Origin: Eledone cirrhosa
Taxonomy: Eukaryota
Assembly: GCA_964016885.1 (NCBI GenBank)
Contig: OZ024741.1
Span: 682,001-746,000, forward strand
DNA: 64,000 bases
Reading direction: 5' to 3'
Below are positions 24,348-38,569 of the stretch, in pieces (the stretch's first letter is position 1; every line of letters starts with the position of its first letter). The notes below the pieces were generated by a model. That model did no database searches, was not told the origin of the DNA, and worked only from the letters and a program-made list of their open reading frames with translations. A program made the position numbers and the translations under genes.

Positions 24348-25027
24348 GGCATACGTCAAGACGGGCGGTCTGGAAAGTGAAAGTAATTTTTGACACTGTG
24401 AATTTTTTTTTTTTTTTTTTTAACACAACAGGTCTCAATAGTGTAAGTTACGATACACACGCAATTGTATGGATTTCTTAATATATATATATGTGTGCCC
24501 GTCTTGACGTATGCCATATATATGTATGTATATATATATATGTGTATATATATATGTGTGTGTGTGTATATATATATATAATGTGTGTGTTTTTCTTTAT
24601 ATATTTGTTTACAATCTACTGTCTCTCACTACATCATTATAAGTCAGAACTATGAGAAAACAAACCCTATACTATTACATCGTTTGAACGTCTAACTAGG
24701 AAGAACCGAATTATAATATCTAATATATATTTATATATATATAGTTATTTAAAAAGTCTACTTCTGTCCTCGCCATACACAGAGCCCTTGCTACATCTAA
24801 CTAATATCAATCGATGTCCAGTTTTTAGTAATCTTTCAATATACATACATATATATATATTTGGCATACGTCAAGACGAGCACACATATATATATATTAA
24901 GAAATTCATACAATTGCGTGTGTATCGTAACTTACACTATTGAGACCTGTTGTAAAAAAAAAAAAAAAAAAAAATTCAGTGTCAAAAATTACTTTCACTT
25001 TCCAGACCGCCCGTCTTGACGTATGCC
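24348..25027. mobile_element. Mutator-like foldback element with ~165-bp TIRs and 9-bp TSD
   Basis: Arms 24348-24515 and 24863-25027 are inverted; TATAACGCT flanks both ends (24339-24347 and 25028-25036). Confidence 0.85.
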
Positions 25028-25112
25028 TATAACGCTTTACATATATATATGTAAAGCGTTAAACTAATATATTTCTTCGTTGTATTGTATCGTTTGGTAT
25101 ATTTCTGTTTAC

Positions 25113-25304
<192 letters not shown>

Positions 25305-25569
25305 AGTAAATATGTAATTGATTATAAAATTTGATTTTAATGCTTATAACTGATAAGATGGATTACATGACCACCGGGTTCGAATTTCTATTTTACATCA
25401 AACTCCGTTTAAAAATATTTTTTTTTCTTAATATAATTACACTTTTATCTGCAGGATTGGTCATTGACCATTTTTGCGGGAGAGGGGGTTTTGTTAGTGG
25501 TGGGTTACCTTCGCTGACTTAGCTCTCCGAGAAAGAAAAACAATTGTTATGATTTTTTGATTTGACTGT

Positions 25570-26255
25570 ATCTAGTCACTGAATGTGTGGGTGTAGCTCC
25601 CTGGAGTACTCCAGTCAGTATCTCGAAGAACCATCAGGTGTAATGACTTGGGCTTTGGTGTTGGTGTAGAGCAGTGATATCAGGTCCACTATCATTCTTG
25701 GGGATTCCATAAGATCTTGATCAGGCAGTGACGATCGATAGAATCAAAGGCTTTCCTAAAAGTCAATGAAAACAATGACAGCAGGAAGGCAATTTTCTCT
25801 AGCTCCCTCTAATATCCTCCTCAGCATCAGGATGTGACTGGTGGTTGATCTTCCCTCTCTGAAGCCGTTCTGGTTGTCTCTGAGCTTCTTGTCCTCTCTG
25901 AGCTTCTTGTCCATCTCGGGCTGGATTCTCTTAAGAATCATCCTGTTGAGGGTCTTTGCCACAAGTGACGTCAGTGAGATCCCCCTGTAGTTGTTGCTGT
26001 TAGAGAGATCTCCATTCTTTGGCAGTGGGACGATGTTACTGATCCTGCACTGATTCGGGACAACTCCTTTCTGCAGTGCCTGGTTACAGAACTCCAGGAT
26101 GATATCATGAGAATCACACCTCTTCATCACCTCTGAAGTCACTCCATCTTCTCCATGGGCCTTGCTCTCCTTGATCTTCTTCTTGGCTCTCTGAAGCTCC
26201 TCTCTGGCAAAGGTCCTGTCTCAATATCTAGTTCCTGAAACAGCCGCCTGAATAC
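25570..26255 (-). mobile_element. RTE-group LINE fragment (N-terminal half of RT)
   Basis: IVPLPKNGDLSNSNNYRGISLTS, NQNGFREGRSTTSHI and VFIDF.KAFDSI motifs. Confidence 0.85.
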
Positions 26256-26524
26256 ATGACCAGAAAAATACATTTAGATTTTTTTTAATTTATCCTTTTC
26301 TTTCTTTCTTTCTTTTTTTTTTTCTCAATCTGAACCTATGAAATTCAAACAACCTGTAAAGACTATTTTAAAAACCATAAATAAAATAAGAAAATAAATT
26401 TATCATTGGTTTATGATTGAATGAAGCGTTTACTTACTCATTTCTGTAATTCGGGGAAAGGTGGGATTTGAAGGAAATTTGGCTGCTATTTCTACCCAAC
26501 AAAGTCCTCACTTATACTACCTTA

Positions 26525-29500
26525 TATAGCAGAGGTACCTGGGAATGCCTGCATATTCTTCCAAAGCAACACTATGCAGTAAATTTGCGGCTTCAGAATT
26601 CCTTGCAATCTACATGACTAAGGAATTAGGATCTGTGTGTATTGTCATTGAATGAGGTATTACGACATTGCTCATTCCAAAGCCTCTGGATAAACAACAT
26701 TCTTGGTTTTGCCCTGTGGTGTCACAATGAAGAGACAATCAGGGTTCCAGCCCTTGTTGTGCCAACATAGAGTTGACTGTGTGAAAAGACAGGATCTGCC
26801 AGATTCAACCCTAAATTCAGTTGGTTAGTTTACAACCTGGTCTTGAGAATTAATTGTGTCAACTGATTTGTAGCATATTTTCTCTTCCGGTAACATCTCC
26901 AGCAGCCTTCTGTTGATTTCTTTCACAGCAACATTTTTAGGTGCTAAGATTGCTCATTCACAGAGCTATTTCGGATCACATTGCCTGGTCTGAATGTTTG
27001 GAAACACTGGCAATTAGTTCTTGTTCTGTGTCAATGATATGGCCAAATGACAACTGAATATGGTCATTGGAGTCCTTTTCAAGAAGTCCATTTCCTAATT
27101 TAAGTAGTTGGATGGCAAACTCACTGACACCTTCGTCACCAATTAAGTACACTCGCATGTTGGTTGTAAGGTTCAGCAGCTGAAAGTGGGGTCAGACATA
27201 GGATTTTTTCAGACAGGCATTGACCTGATCAGCTCGAGTCTCTCGAAGAATTACAGGCAGAGTTTGTCTGAAATCACCAGCAAGAACCCTTGTCACTCCT
27301 CCCATTATGCAACTATTTTCTCTCAGATCCCTTATCGTCCGGTCCAAAGCTTCAATTTCTCCTTTATGGCTCATAGCAGCTTCATCCCAAATTATCATCT
27401 TGCATGTTTGCAGAAGCTTGCCCTTGGGTGAGTTCTTCTTGATGTTGCAAAAAGATTGTTCATGCCGTGTGAGATCTATGGACAGCTTAAACATGGAGTG
27501 TGCAGTTCTTCCTCTATCCAGAAGTCTTGCTGCAATGCTACTTGAGGCCACAGCAAGGGTAATATGTGGCTTTTTGCAAACTTTTGCAAGCAGGAGGTTT
27601 ATGAGGAATGTCTTGCCTGTGCCAGCAGGAGCATCGATGAAGAAAAGTCCTCCCCTATCATTTTGAATGTTTACAATGATGTGGTAGGCGTATTTCTGGT
27701 CATTCATCAATCAAGGTTCATTTTAATCCACAAACTTACGCAATGCTTGAATATCGTAGTTTGTCTCCTGAAAAATGTCTTGTGCTACCTCCATTTCTTC
27801 ATCTAGCTCTGGCATCCCGCAGTTAGCTAATGTGCTATTCATTGCCTGAACTCGATGGGACAGGTCACAGAGAGCTTGATTGTAAATCCTGGGGGTATAT
27901 TCCATATACATATTGCCATGATGTCTTCGGGCTAGGTGTAGATAGTTGTCCAACATATTGTTTTTGTACACCTGCCAGAGTAGATGAACTTCATCAATTC
28001 CACATGCTGTGAGCATAATAGCAAATAATTGTCTTATTTCACTGGCTACTTGAGTGATTGCTGCTTCTTCTAGGCACTTTTTCCAGTGTCCATTGTCATG
28101 CAGGAGTCCATGCTGTTTACATGCTTCTTGGTATGTTGCGCACTCCCTGCCTCTGAAGCACCTAAGATCTTCCAATGATGTTGGTCCTCGAACACTATGC
28201 AGAAACAGCCATAAATAAAAACATTCTCTGTTGTTGGGATGGACATTGTCAACACGCCCAATAGCATCACTTGACTTGACTTCATGACCTTCCACTAAAT
28301 GACCCTGCTTTCTTCGATTGCAGGTCTTGCAATTGGTCCAGGCGTAGTATGTTGGGACTTCAGCATATAGGAGGGATCGAGCAAATTTATCATTCTGGCA
28401 TAGTTTAAAGAAAGCAGTTAGTGTAGTGTCATGTGATGCTTGTGCCAACTGATGAGCAGTGATATCAGTGAAGTACACTCTCTGTCCATTTTCCAGATGG
28501 ACTGCGTGGTTGACCACTGTTGGGTGGCGTTGATGGATATCAAATCCAAAGATTCGCCAGATAGCTTCATTGCTGGAGATGTATCGACCTGTTTGATACC
28601 ATTTCACCTCATCCAGCCCACCATCATTGAGTTCTTTGTCAGTAATAAAGGTAGCCATGTCACTGTCCTTGTTGATATATTTTGTGACATATAAGATTGC
28701 CTTGACGGAGCTGCAATACTCAACATTGATATGAGCTTTTAAAAGTTTACACAACAATTTGTTGTGTGGGACGACCCACTGATTGTTTATGGTCAGCTCC
28801 TCTCCTAGAACTGTTAGGCTTGCAGTATTGCCTCCATGTTCTGGTCTACGCCTACGATAAAGGGGGTATCCATTATTGTCAGTCCGAGTTTCCCGAATAA
28901 AAGCTCTAGGATAATGTTTGCTGCATTTTTGATCTTTCATGCAGGGAGAGGCTGTATTGATGACTCCACATGGACCATGAATGAGTTTGGACTTGATGGT
29001 TTCAAAGAGCTCTGGAACACCACCTTTATCAGGCAATTCTGCTGAAATGATCTTATCAACTTCTGGTCTTATCTTCTCCTTGCACCAGATTAGTGTGAGC
29101 GTGAGGATACCTCTCTTCTGCCACTCAATAGTGGTCATCCAAGCACTAAGCTCACCAAAGATTATTCCTTCTTTTAGGAGCCAGATGAGTTTTTTTTTGC
29201 TTTTCATGGAAAACCCGAGCAATGAAGTCATGTCGATCCTTTGGTTTTTGATATTGAAATAATTCATTTGATATTTCTAACCAGTTTGAATTGCATGTAA
29301 ATGTAATGAAGAGATCTGCATGTAATGTGATCCTCCCATGAAGCTTGATGGTAGTATGACTGGCTGGCCAATATTTCTTGGATCAACATCAGAATTGATG
29401 GCATCTCTAAAGTGGATGTAGTTATCTGACCTCAACTTAGTTTGATTCCTTCGCAGAAAACCCAATCTTTCTATTTCAGTTTTGGCATACATGTCCACCA

Positions 29501-30770
29501 TGAAGTGGCTGGTTACTTCTTTGAATCGCAGAACTTGGTTGAAGTGATCACGTACCATGAAATGATAAGCATAGAATTCTTTGCAGCTGATTGATCGGCC
29601 AGTTTCTTGTCCCGTTCCTGGGCTGATCTGCCGTAGCTGAAAATGATATCCATCTTGACCATTCCAAAAGATGGGCGGATATTGGAGTGAATCATAGGCT
29701 CTATGAATTTCACAAATTTGTTCCAAATGTCCACTTCGTTTTTGCAAAACAATGTCACGTCATTCATGCTGTTCATCAACCATTATGATTGCAACTTCAT
29801 CAGTGACAGGTGCATTGAATCTGCGTTCATGTTCTGATGCTGGGCGTTTGTCTGCTCTAGTGATGATTTTACGATCTCTGGTGTTGATCATATGCTCTAG
29901 TGCATATTTAAATACACTGACGTACATGTGATGTTGGTGAAGCATTTCTTGTAACTTTATGACTATGTAGAACTGCAATCCACCATGGACATTGGTACAT
30001 CTTTGTTGTGCCTGTGTTTCATTTCCACCCATCAAGTAAACCTGCCCAAATTTGTGAGGCTCGTGTGAACGTGGCAGAAGGCCACCCATTAAGTGGTAAC
30101 ACTGTCCCTGAATTTTATAAGTTGTACAGAATCTAAAGTCAGTCACATTCCTGTCAGCCTCAAAAGATGTCATTTGAAAGGCAGAATTATATTTTATGAT
30201 GTATTTATTGAAGTGTCGTGCTTCTGGTGTATGCTGAAGGAGCAGATTCTACAGAAATTCAGGAGGTTCTTGTATTGTTTTAAGGCCCACTTTGCCTTTT
30301 TAGCAGCATAGACTTGGTGTTTCTGCTGCCCACTTCTTGGCACCACAATACTGGTAGCATTTGTTCATTTTCCCAATGTTGATTTGTGGATTACTGCTGT
30401 AGTCCTTTTGGGGGTCATCAGAAAAAGCCCCTATCAGCCAGTTCATTCTACTTGTGGCTTGTTCTCCTGCTCGGGCAGTAGAACGATGTGCTTGATTAGC
30501 ATTTCGTCTGATTTGCTGCTGTTCCTTAATTTGTTGTTCTCGAGTAGCAGCAGTCCTTTGTTCCCTTTCATCGAAACTGTATGCTCTTGCTAAAGCTGTT
30601 TGGGCTCTGTTAGCCGCTAGACGGGCATGCCGAACTTCTTCACTTTCTTCAGATCGCTGTATTTTCTTTCTCTTAGCCTCTGAAGGTGACCTTCCATATA
30701 ATGATCTGGAAGGTTACCGGTATGACAAAAGGCTCAATGCAAGTTTTCAAGTGTTTTACAGAGCCGAGAT
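26525..30770 (-). mobile_element. Helitron RepHel pseudogene, copy A
   Basis: Rep motifs LPSSF.GG, EWQKRG, HGPCG and YVTKYINK; Pif1 helicase DAPAGTGKTF, IIWDEA and LAGDFRQTLPV; frameshifts and deletions; decayed 3' terminus TAGCAGAGGTACC.GGG near 26527. Confidence 0.95.
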
Positions 30771-30771
30771 A

Positions 30772-31160
30772 CAAAGTGTTAAAATGATCAAATTTTAGTT
30801 TAGAACATTTATTTGCTGACAATTGTTTCTTTCAGAGGGAAGTCTGGAATCATCGGAGCATAAGGAATGTCGAAACATTGCTTATAACTTTTATGCCTGT
30901 GTTTTTTTGCTTGTGATTGCTTTGCTTGTCCTTTTTACTTATACCTATTACACTTCCAACCAGTGCTGCTTGTAATTGTGTTCTTTCAAGCAGAACATCT
31001 TTTTAACTCCTGACTCTCCACGTGATGCCTTTGACACTAATAACAATTCAATTATGTATCTTAAATGTTCTGAATGATAGGATTTTAGTAACATGTTTCT
31101 GGAAGAAACAATTGTCAGCGAATAAATGTTCTAAACTAAGATTTGATCGTTTTAACACTT

Positions 31161-31162
<2 letters not shown>
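30772..31162. mobile_element. Tc1/mariner-type MITE, copy A
   Basis: ~65-bp TIRs CAAAGTGTTAAAA.../...TTTTAACACTTTG flanked by TA. Confidence 0.75.
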
Positions 31163-32895
<1,733 letters not shown>

Positions 32896-32896
32896 A

Positions 32897-33200
32897 TGGA
32901 TAGGGCACTTGTGAGTGCAAGCTCACCTTTATCATTCTGGAAACACTTCTCTCCAATGACATCACAATTCTCTCTGACACACTGCTGCGCAATCTGGAAC
33001 ACCTCCTATTTCTGTTCCTCGCTTTGCAAAACATGCTTGAATTTCCTATCCTCTGCTTCCCTTCTAGCTAAGTATACTTGTCGTCTAGCTTCCCTCCTGG
33101 TCTCTATGTAATGTGCCCTGTCCTTCCATTCTTTCCATGCCTGTCTCTTAACCTTAACTGCCTCATCTACCATATTGTTCCACCACCAAGTCACTCTCCT
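32897..33200 (-). mobile_element. RTE LINE linker fragment (also at 55797-56105)
   Basis: TWWWNN.VDEAVK.KRQAWKEW, homologous to 39240-39540. Confidence 0.75.
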
Positions 33201-34139
33201 CCTCCCTGTATATATCTTTTTATCATTATCCTTTTCTCAAATATAGACAAATTACAACACACACACAAATATTATGCATGGATATGTTACCTGGAAGCTG
33301 GAGAGTGAGAATAATATAGATGATAAAAGTCTATCTTCAGCAACAGGTGCTATATTGTCTCCCATGTTGAAAGATATTATTTTACAATATAAGAACTTGA
33401 AACTAAGACTAACTGAGTCACAGAATAGATAGGGATGTACACAAAAGACCTAGATGTGAAAAGAAGTGGAAATTGTGCAGATTGAACATTGAAGATGTGA
33501 CCGATGTAAAGTAGCTGTGGAAAGATGTGGCGAAAAGAGTGAAGAATGCAATCCCTAGAAAGGTCATCCCCGAGAGTAAACATTGGGAGTTACAGCAACG
33601 TTTTAAGACATAGAAAGAGTAGTTGTGGATTGTTCCGGTGCAAAGCAATGAAACGGAAGCATAACAGACGACGCCCAGCAGTTGGAGTTCGCTGCCAAGC
33701 AAATACTAATATAATATTATATTTTAGGGAATCAGATAGTTTGTCTTTATTTCCTGTTGTTTTATTGCAAAAGCGTATCCTTGAAAGTGAGAGACAATAT
33801 ATTGTTGGTGAAGATAATATAATTTGTTTATCTATATTACTCTCTATGCAGAAATAAGGAAACATTTGCACATGGTCGACCCTGACTACGTTCATATTAG
33901 TTGTGAAGCTTTGCTTTAAAGAAACAGAAAGAAGACGACTATATTTGTAATTCGAAGTATAATCGATGTAAGTATGATAAAAAATATTTGAAACATTGGA
34001 GATGATGTGCATCTAAATACTAAGCATATACAGATGCACACATAAGTGAAAAGGAACACAAGCACACACAAATAGATGGATAGCTGCACACACATGCATA
34101 CATATCTACCTAGTTGATGTTTAAATTTCAACAAGTCTT

Positions 34140-35740
34140 ATCTTCATCATTTTATGTCCGCTTTTCCCTGCTTGCATGGGTGGGACGAACCTATTGAGCA
34201 AAGTATCTCTCCACTTGTCACGGTCCTTCGTCATCTCCTCGTTGAGCTTTATAGATTTGAGGTCTGCTCACACTAGCTCCGCCCGTATTTTTCGTGGTCT
34301 TCCTCTACTGCGTTGTTTTTCTACTGGGATTTCTTGGCACTTCTTTACCTAGGTGTCATCCTCCATGCACATCACATGTCTATACCAACACAGTCTTCTC
34401 TCCCGCACGCTACAACTTATCCCAGTTAAACAGTTTCTCCCTGAAGTCCTCCATGCCTAGTCATTCATTTCTCTCCAGCCATCACATAGCCTCTGCAGTT
34501 GCTGCCCAAGTCTCACTATCATGCAGTATCGCGCATCTCACACAGTCATCATATAACCGTCCTTTCGTACGCAGGGAGAAATCCTTCTTAGTCAACAGAG
34601 GAAGCAGCTCCCTAAATTTCTTCCGACCTGTCCTTATTCTAGATATTATGGTCTCGGAACACCCCTCCCATTCTAATCAGATCACCTAGGTAGCGGAAGC
34701 TATCACCCACTTCTATAGAACCCACCTTCATGTGGTAAATGTGTCTATCACTGCGTCTTCTACTGTCAAGTTCTGTACAACTACTGCATACGTATTTCTC
34801 CCTGCTTGTTAGTTTGCCTGCTATCCCACTACATCTCTTGTGTACCCAGGATCTGCATTGTGTACATTTTATAGAATTTATCCCAACTCCTTTTCTACAT
34901 ATTGAACATGACCATTTCCCTGATGGAATCAGAGTTTTGTCCTCTTCTCTACTTATCAATACTTTTGTCTTAGCTAGGTTCACTCTCAGTCCTCTTGATT
35001 CCAACTGCTTTTTCCATAGACAGAATTTCTTCTCTAGTTCCTCTACTGAATCTGCTATAAGTACCAGATCGTCAGCCTAGAGAAGTTCCCATGGGCAGCC
35101 AGTCTTAAACTCGTGTTATGGCTTGGAGAATTATAATGAACAAGATCGGGCTGAGGACAGAGCCCTGATGCACTCCTACTTGTATCTGGAATTCCTCATT
35201 AAACTCCATTACTTCTCTCACTTTACTGACAGAACCTCTGTACTTAGCTTGCACTGTCCTCACAAGCCATTCCTCTACACCTATTTTCCTTAGAGACCAC
35301 CAGATGACAGATCGTGGTACACTATCAAAGACCTCCTCTAAGTCATCAAAAGCTAGCTATAGTGGCTTATTCTTCTCTAAGAACCTCTCTTGTAGTTGTA
35401 TCACTAAGAAGAGGGCATCTGTTGTACTTTTCCCAGGCATAAAACCAAACTGCATCTCATTTAGTTTGGCCCTTTCTCTAATTAGTTGCAATAGTATTCT
35501 TTCTGTCACTTTCATAACCTGATCCATCAGTTTGATGCCCCTATAATTGCTCATTTCCAGAGCATCCCTTTCTACCTTTGTCGCAATTTATAAGAATACT
35601 GCTGCACCAGTCTTTGGGTATGACTCAGCCATATATTTAACTTGATTGACGATGCGTGCAACCAGTTTAGTAGCTACTTTTGATGCCCTAACCCTATATT
35701 CGTCTTTGTGAATAGCAGGTCCCTCTATCGGATAACAATT
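34140..35740 (-). mobile_element. RTE LINE (PHD-in-RT family), degenerate, copy A
   Basis: NYRGIKLMDQVMK, MQFGFMPGKSTTDA, CSIC..CTQC..HKRC..CSSC and FRYLG; (GAT)n tail. Confidence 0.9.
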
Positions 35741-36103
35741 TGTGAAAAAATGAAAGCAGAAAACACACACATACATATATACACTCACACACTCTCTCAC
35801 TCACATGAACAGACATTGAGCACTAAATATCTATTTGTTTTTAAAATATAATTTCAATAATAATTAATTGCTAAGATGGATTACATTGCCACCGGTTATA
35901 TTTTATATATTTCCTAAAACTCGTTTGTTTAAAAAGCTTAATTTTTTTTTCTTTTTACTCTGACATTATGACTTGTAGCTCTGATAAGTTGAGCTAGATT
36001 GCCAGCGTTGAAATAGTTGCGCTTTAGTTTTGATGTAGCCGTGAGTCGTGGGTGTATAGTATATTGTCATGTATGTATATACTTATGTGTACATATATCT
36101 ATG

Positions 36104-36210
<107 letters not shown>

Positions 36211-37004
36211 TATTGTGTATAGTGTTTGTGTGTTTCCATAAGACTACTAATCTGTTTATGCAGAATTCCAATTAGCAAAGGGAAATTACTCTACAATATT
36301 TTAATAAAATTATTGGAGTTGTTTCCCTTTTATCCGGAAATGTCGTTTGATAAAACTGTCATTGAATTTATGCCTTGTTAAGGCTGGTTCGGTCTCAGTC
36401 AGTGCTAAGTGAATGCTGTTAAAAGAAAGATATTTCATGTGACATAATTACTACAACAGGTTAGGTATTTTCAAGGTTTGGGGTTGTATTTTATTGTTTA
36501 AATATGATTGTCACTTAGATAAGACAGGATTCATCAATTTGTAGAAGAATTGATAGGGTTAAGTTTTAATTTTTGGGTGGGTGTGTATATATAAAACTGA
36601 ATAGCTATTTATATACATAATCTGTTGATTCTCTATCCTTCTTTCTCATAAATATAGACATAGAAATTACGATATACAAGTACACACATACATGCATACA
36701 CTCACACACACACATATATTTCACATTGTTCTGATCAAAATATTTAATTTCTTCACAGAATAATAAATCATGTTTTGTTTTTGCTGGTGTTGTTCGTTAT
36801 GGTGGTGGTGTTCTTTGGATTGGCGGTGTTGTTGGGAGTGGTGGCGGTGTTTGTGTTGTTGTTGTTACACATACACACACATACCCAAACTGACTGGCAA
36901 AACTATTCTTTCATCTCAATGAAATTTCCGCCCAAACAACTACTACCACCTCCATCCCCACCACCAGGTTCACAATTATACACACACACACAGATACATA
37001 CATA

Positions 37005-37452
37005 TACACATGTGTGAGATCCGTGATACTGCATGGTAGTGAGACATGGGCAGCAACTGCAGAAGATATGCGACGGCTAGAGAGAAATGAAGCAAGCATG
37101 CTCCATTGGATGTGCAATGCCAAAGTGCGTGAACGACCAAGCATAGACGAGTTGAGAAAGAAACTGGGTATAAGAGGGATAAGTTGTGGTGTGCAGGAGA
37201 GAAGGCTGAGATGGTATGGATATGTGATGCGAATGTAGGATGACCGCCGGGTAAAGAAGTGCCAAGAAATCCCAGTAGAAGGAAGACGCAGTAGAGGTAG
37301 ACCACGAAAAACATGGGCGGAGGTGGTGAGAGCAGACCTCAAATCTCACCGAGGAGATGACGAAGGACCGTGACAAGTGGAGAGATGCTGTGCTGAATAG
37401 GACCCGTCCAACCCTTGCAAGCAGGGAAAAGCAGACGTAAAATGATGATGAT
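37005..37452 (+). mobile_element. RTE LINE 3' end
   Basis: LHGSETWA..RRLRWYG..GRPRKTW; terminal hairpin and (ATG)n tail. Confidence 0.9.
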
Positions 37453-38569
37453 ATTAGTGGGTGTGTGTGTATGTTGACTGCAAATTAGATAACGCCTACA
37501 TAATTAGTTAACGCCTATGTCTTTCATTGTCATGTGTCATTCCTTATTGAGATCCTTATAAATACCGTTTTATACTTTCCATATTCCAGGCTCCTGGTGG
37601 AAATATGTCTCTGTCACCTGCATACCAGTTAGATCTCAGCACACCAGCTCCTGCCACTTCATAATCCCTCACGGGAAGTCAAATGGCTGCAGGTCAGTCA
37701 GATTTATATTTAATTTATTTCTTAAAAAATAAAAGTTCAGTTTAATTTATTTCTTAAAAAAAAGTTCAATTTAATTTTTTTCTTAAAAAATAAAAAGTTT
37801 AATTTCATTTATTTCTTAAAAAAAAAATTAAATATAATTAATTTCTTCAAAAAAAAAGCTTTGTTAAATTTATTTTTACGTTTTGTATTGGGGAAAAATT
37901 TTCCATTTAATTAATTTCATCATTTTGTTGTATATACACACATGCATATATACAATTGTTATATATATATATATAATGTCATATAAGATGGGAGTTATTA
38001 GAATACCTTGCAGTATTCCTTTTTGTTCTATGCTCTCTGAGTTGAAATCCCGCCGAGGTCAACTTTGCCTTTCATCTCTTGGAGGTTGATAAAAAAAGTA
38101 CCAGTGAAATACTGATGTGAATTCTTCCTCTCTATTTTTCTCACTTTATCTTTTTATGAATAAAAGTAACAGTCAAATACTGGGTTCCTCTCTTCTGTTT
38201 TTTTGCTGCTTTTTCCCTGTCTATCTTTCTGGAAGAATTTGCTATTTTTAGAACTGGAGGGGGTGGGATTTGTTAGGGATTAAGGTTAGAAAATGAAAGA
38301 TATATATGTATATATATGTATAATATGTGTGTTGATGAAATTATATTAGTGTTGGTGGTGGTAAAAATTGTTTTGCAAGATTTATCTGGAAAAATCTGTT
38401 GAATTATATTGTTTTGTTTTCACTTTGATTTATTATATAATTATGGTTGGTTGGTTGTCTCTCTCGTGGTTACTGGTATTGTCTCTCTGTTCTCTCGTTT
38501 GACAAACGACTTTATAAAAGCTGACTCAATATTGTTCAATGTTTTACTGCTACTTTAAGAGACGGGTGG

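Noticed and set aside
27723-29267. Active Helitron transposase (514-aa ORF)
   Set aside because: Frameshifts around the HUH motif, split from the helicase, and a helicase deletion in both copies.
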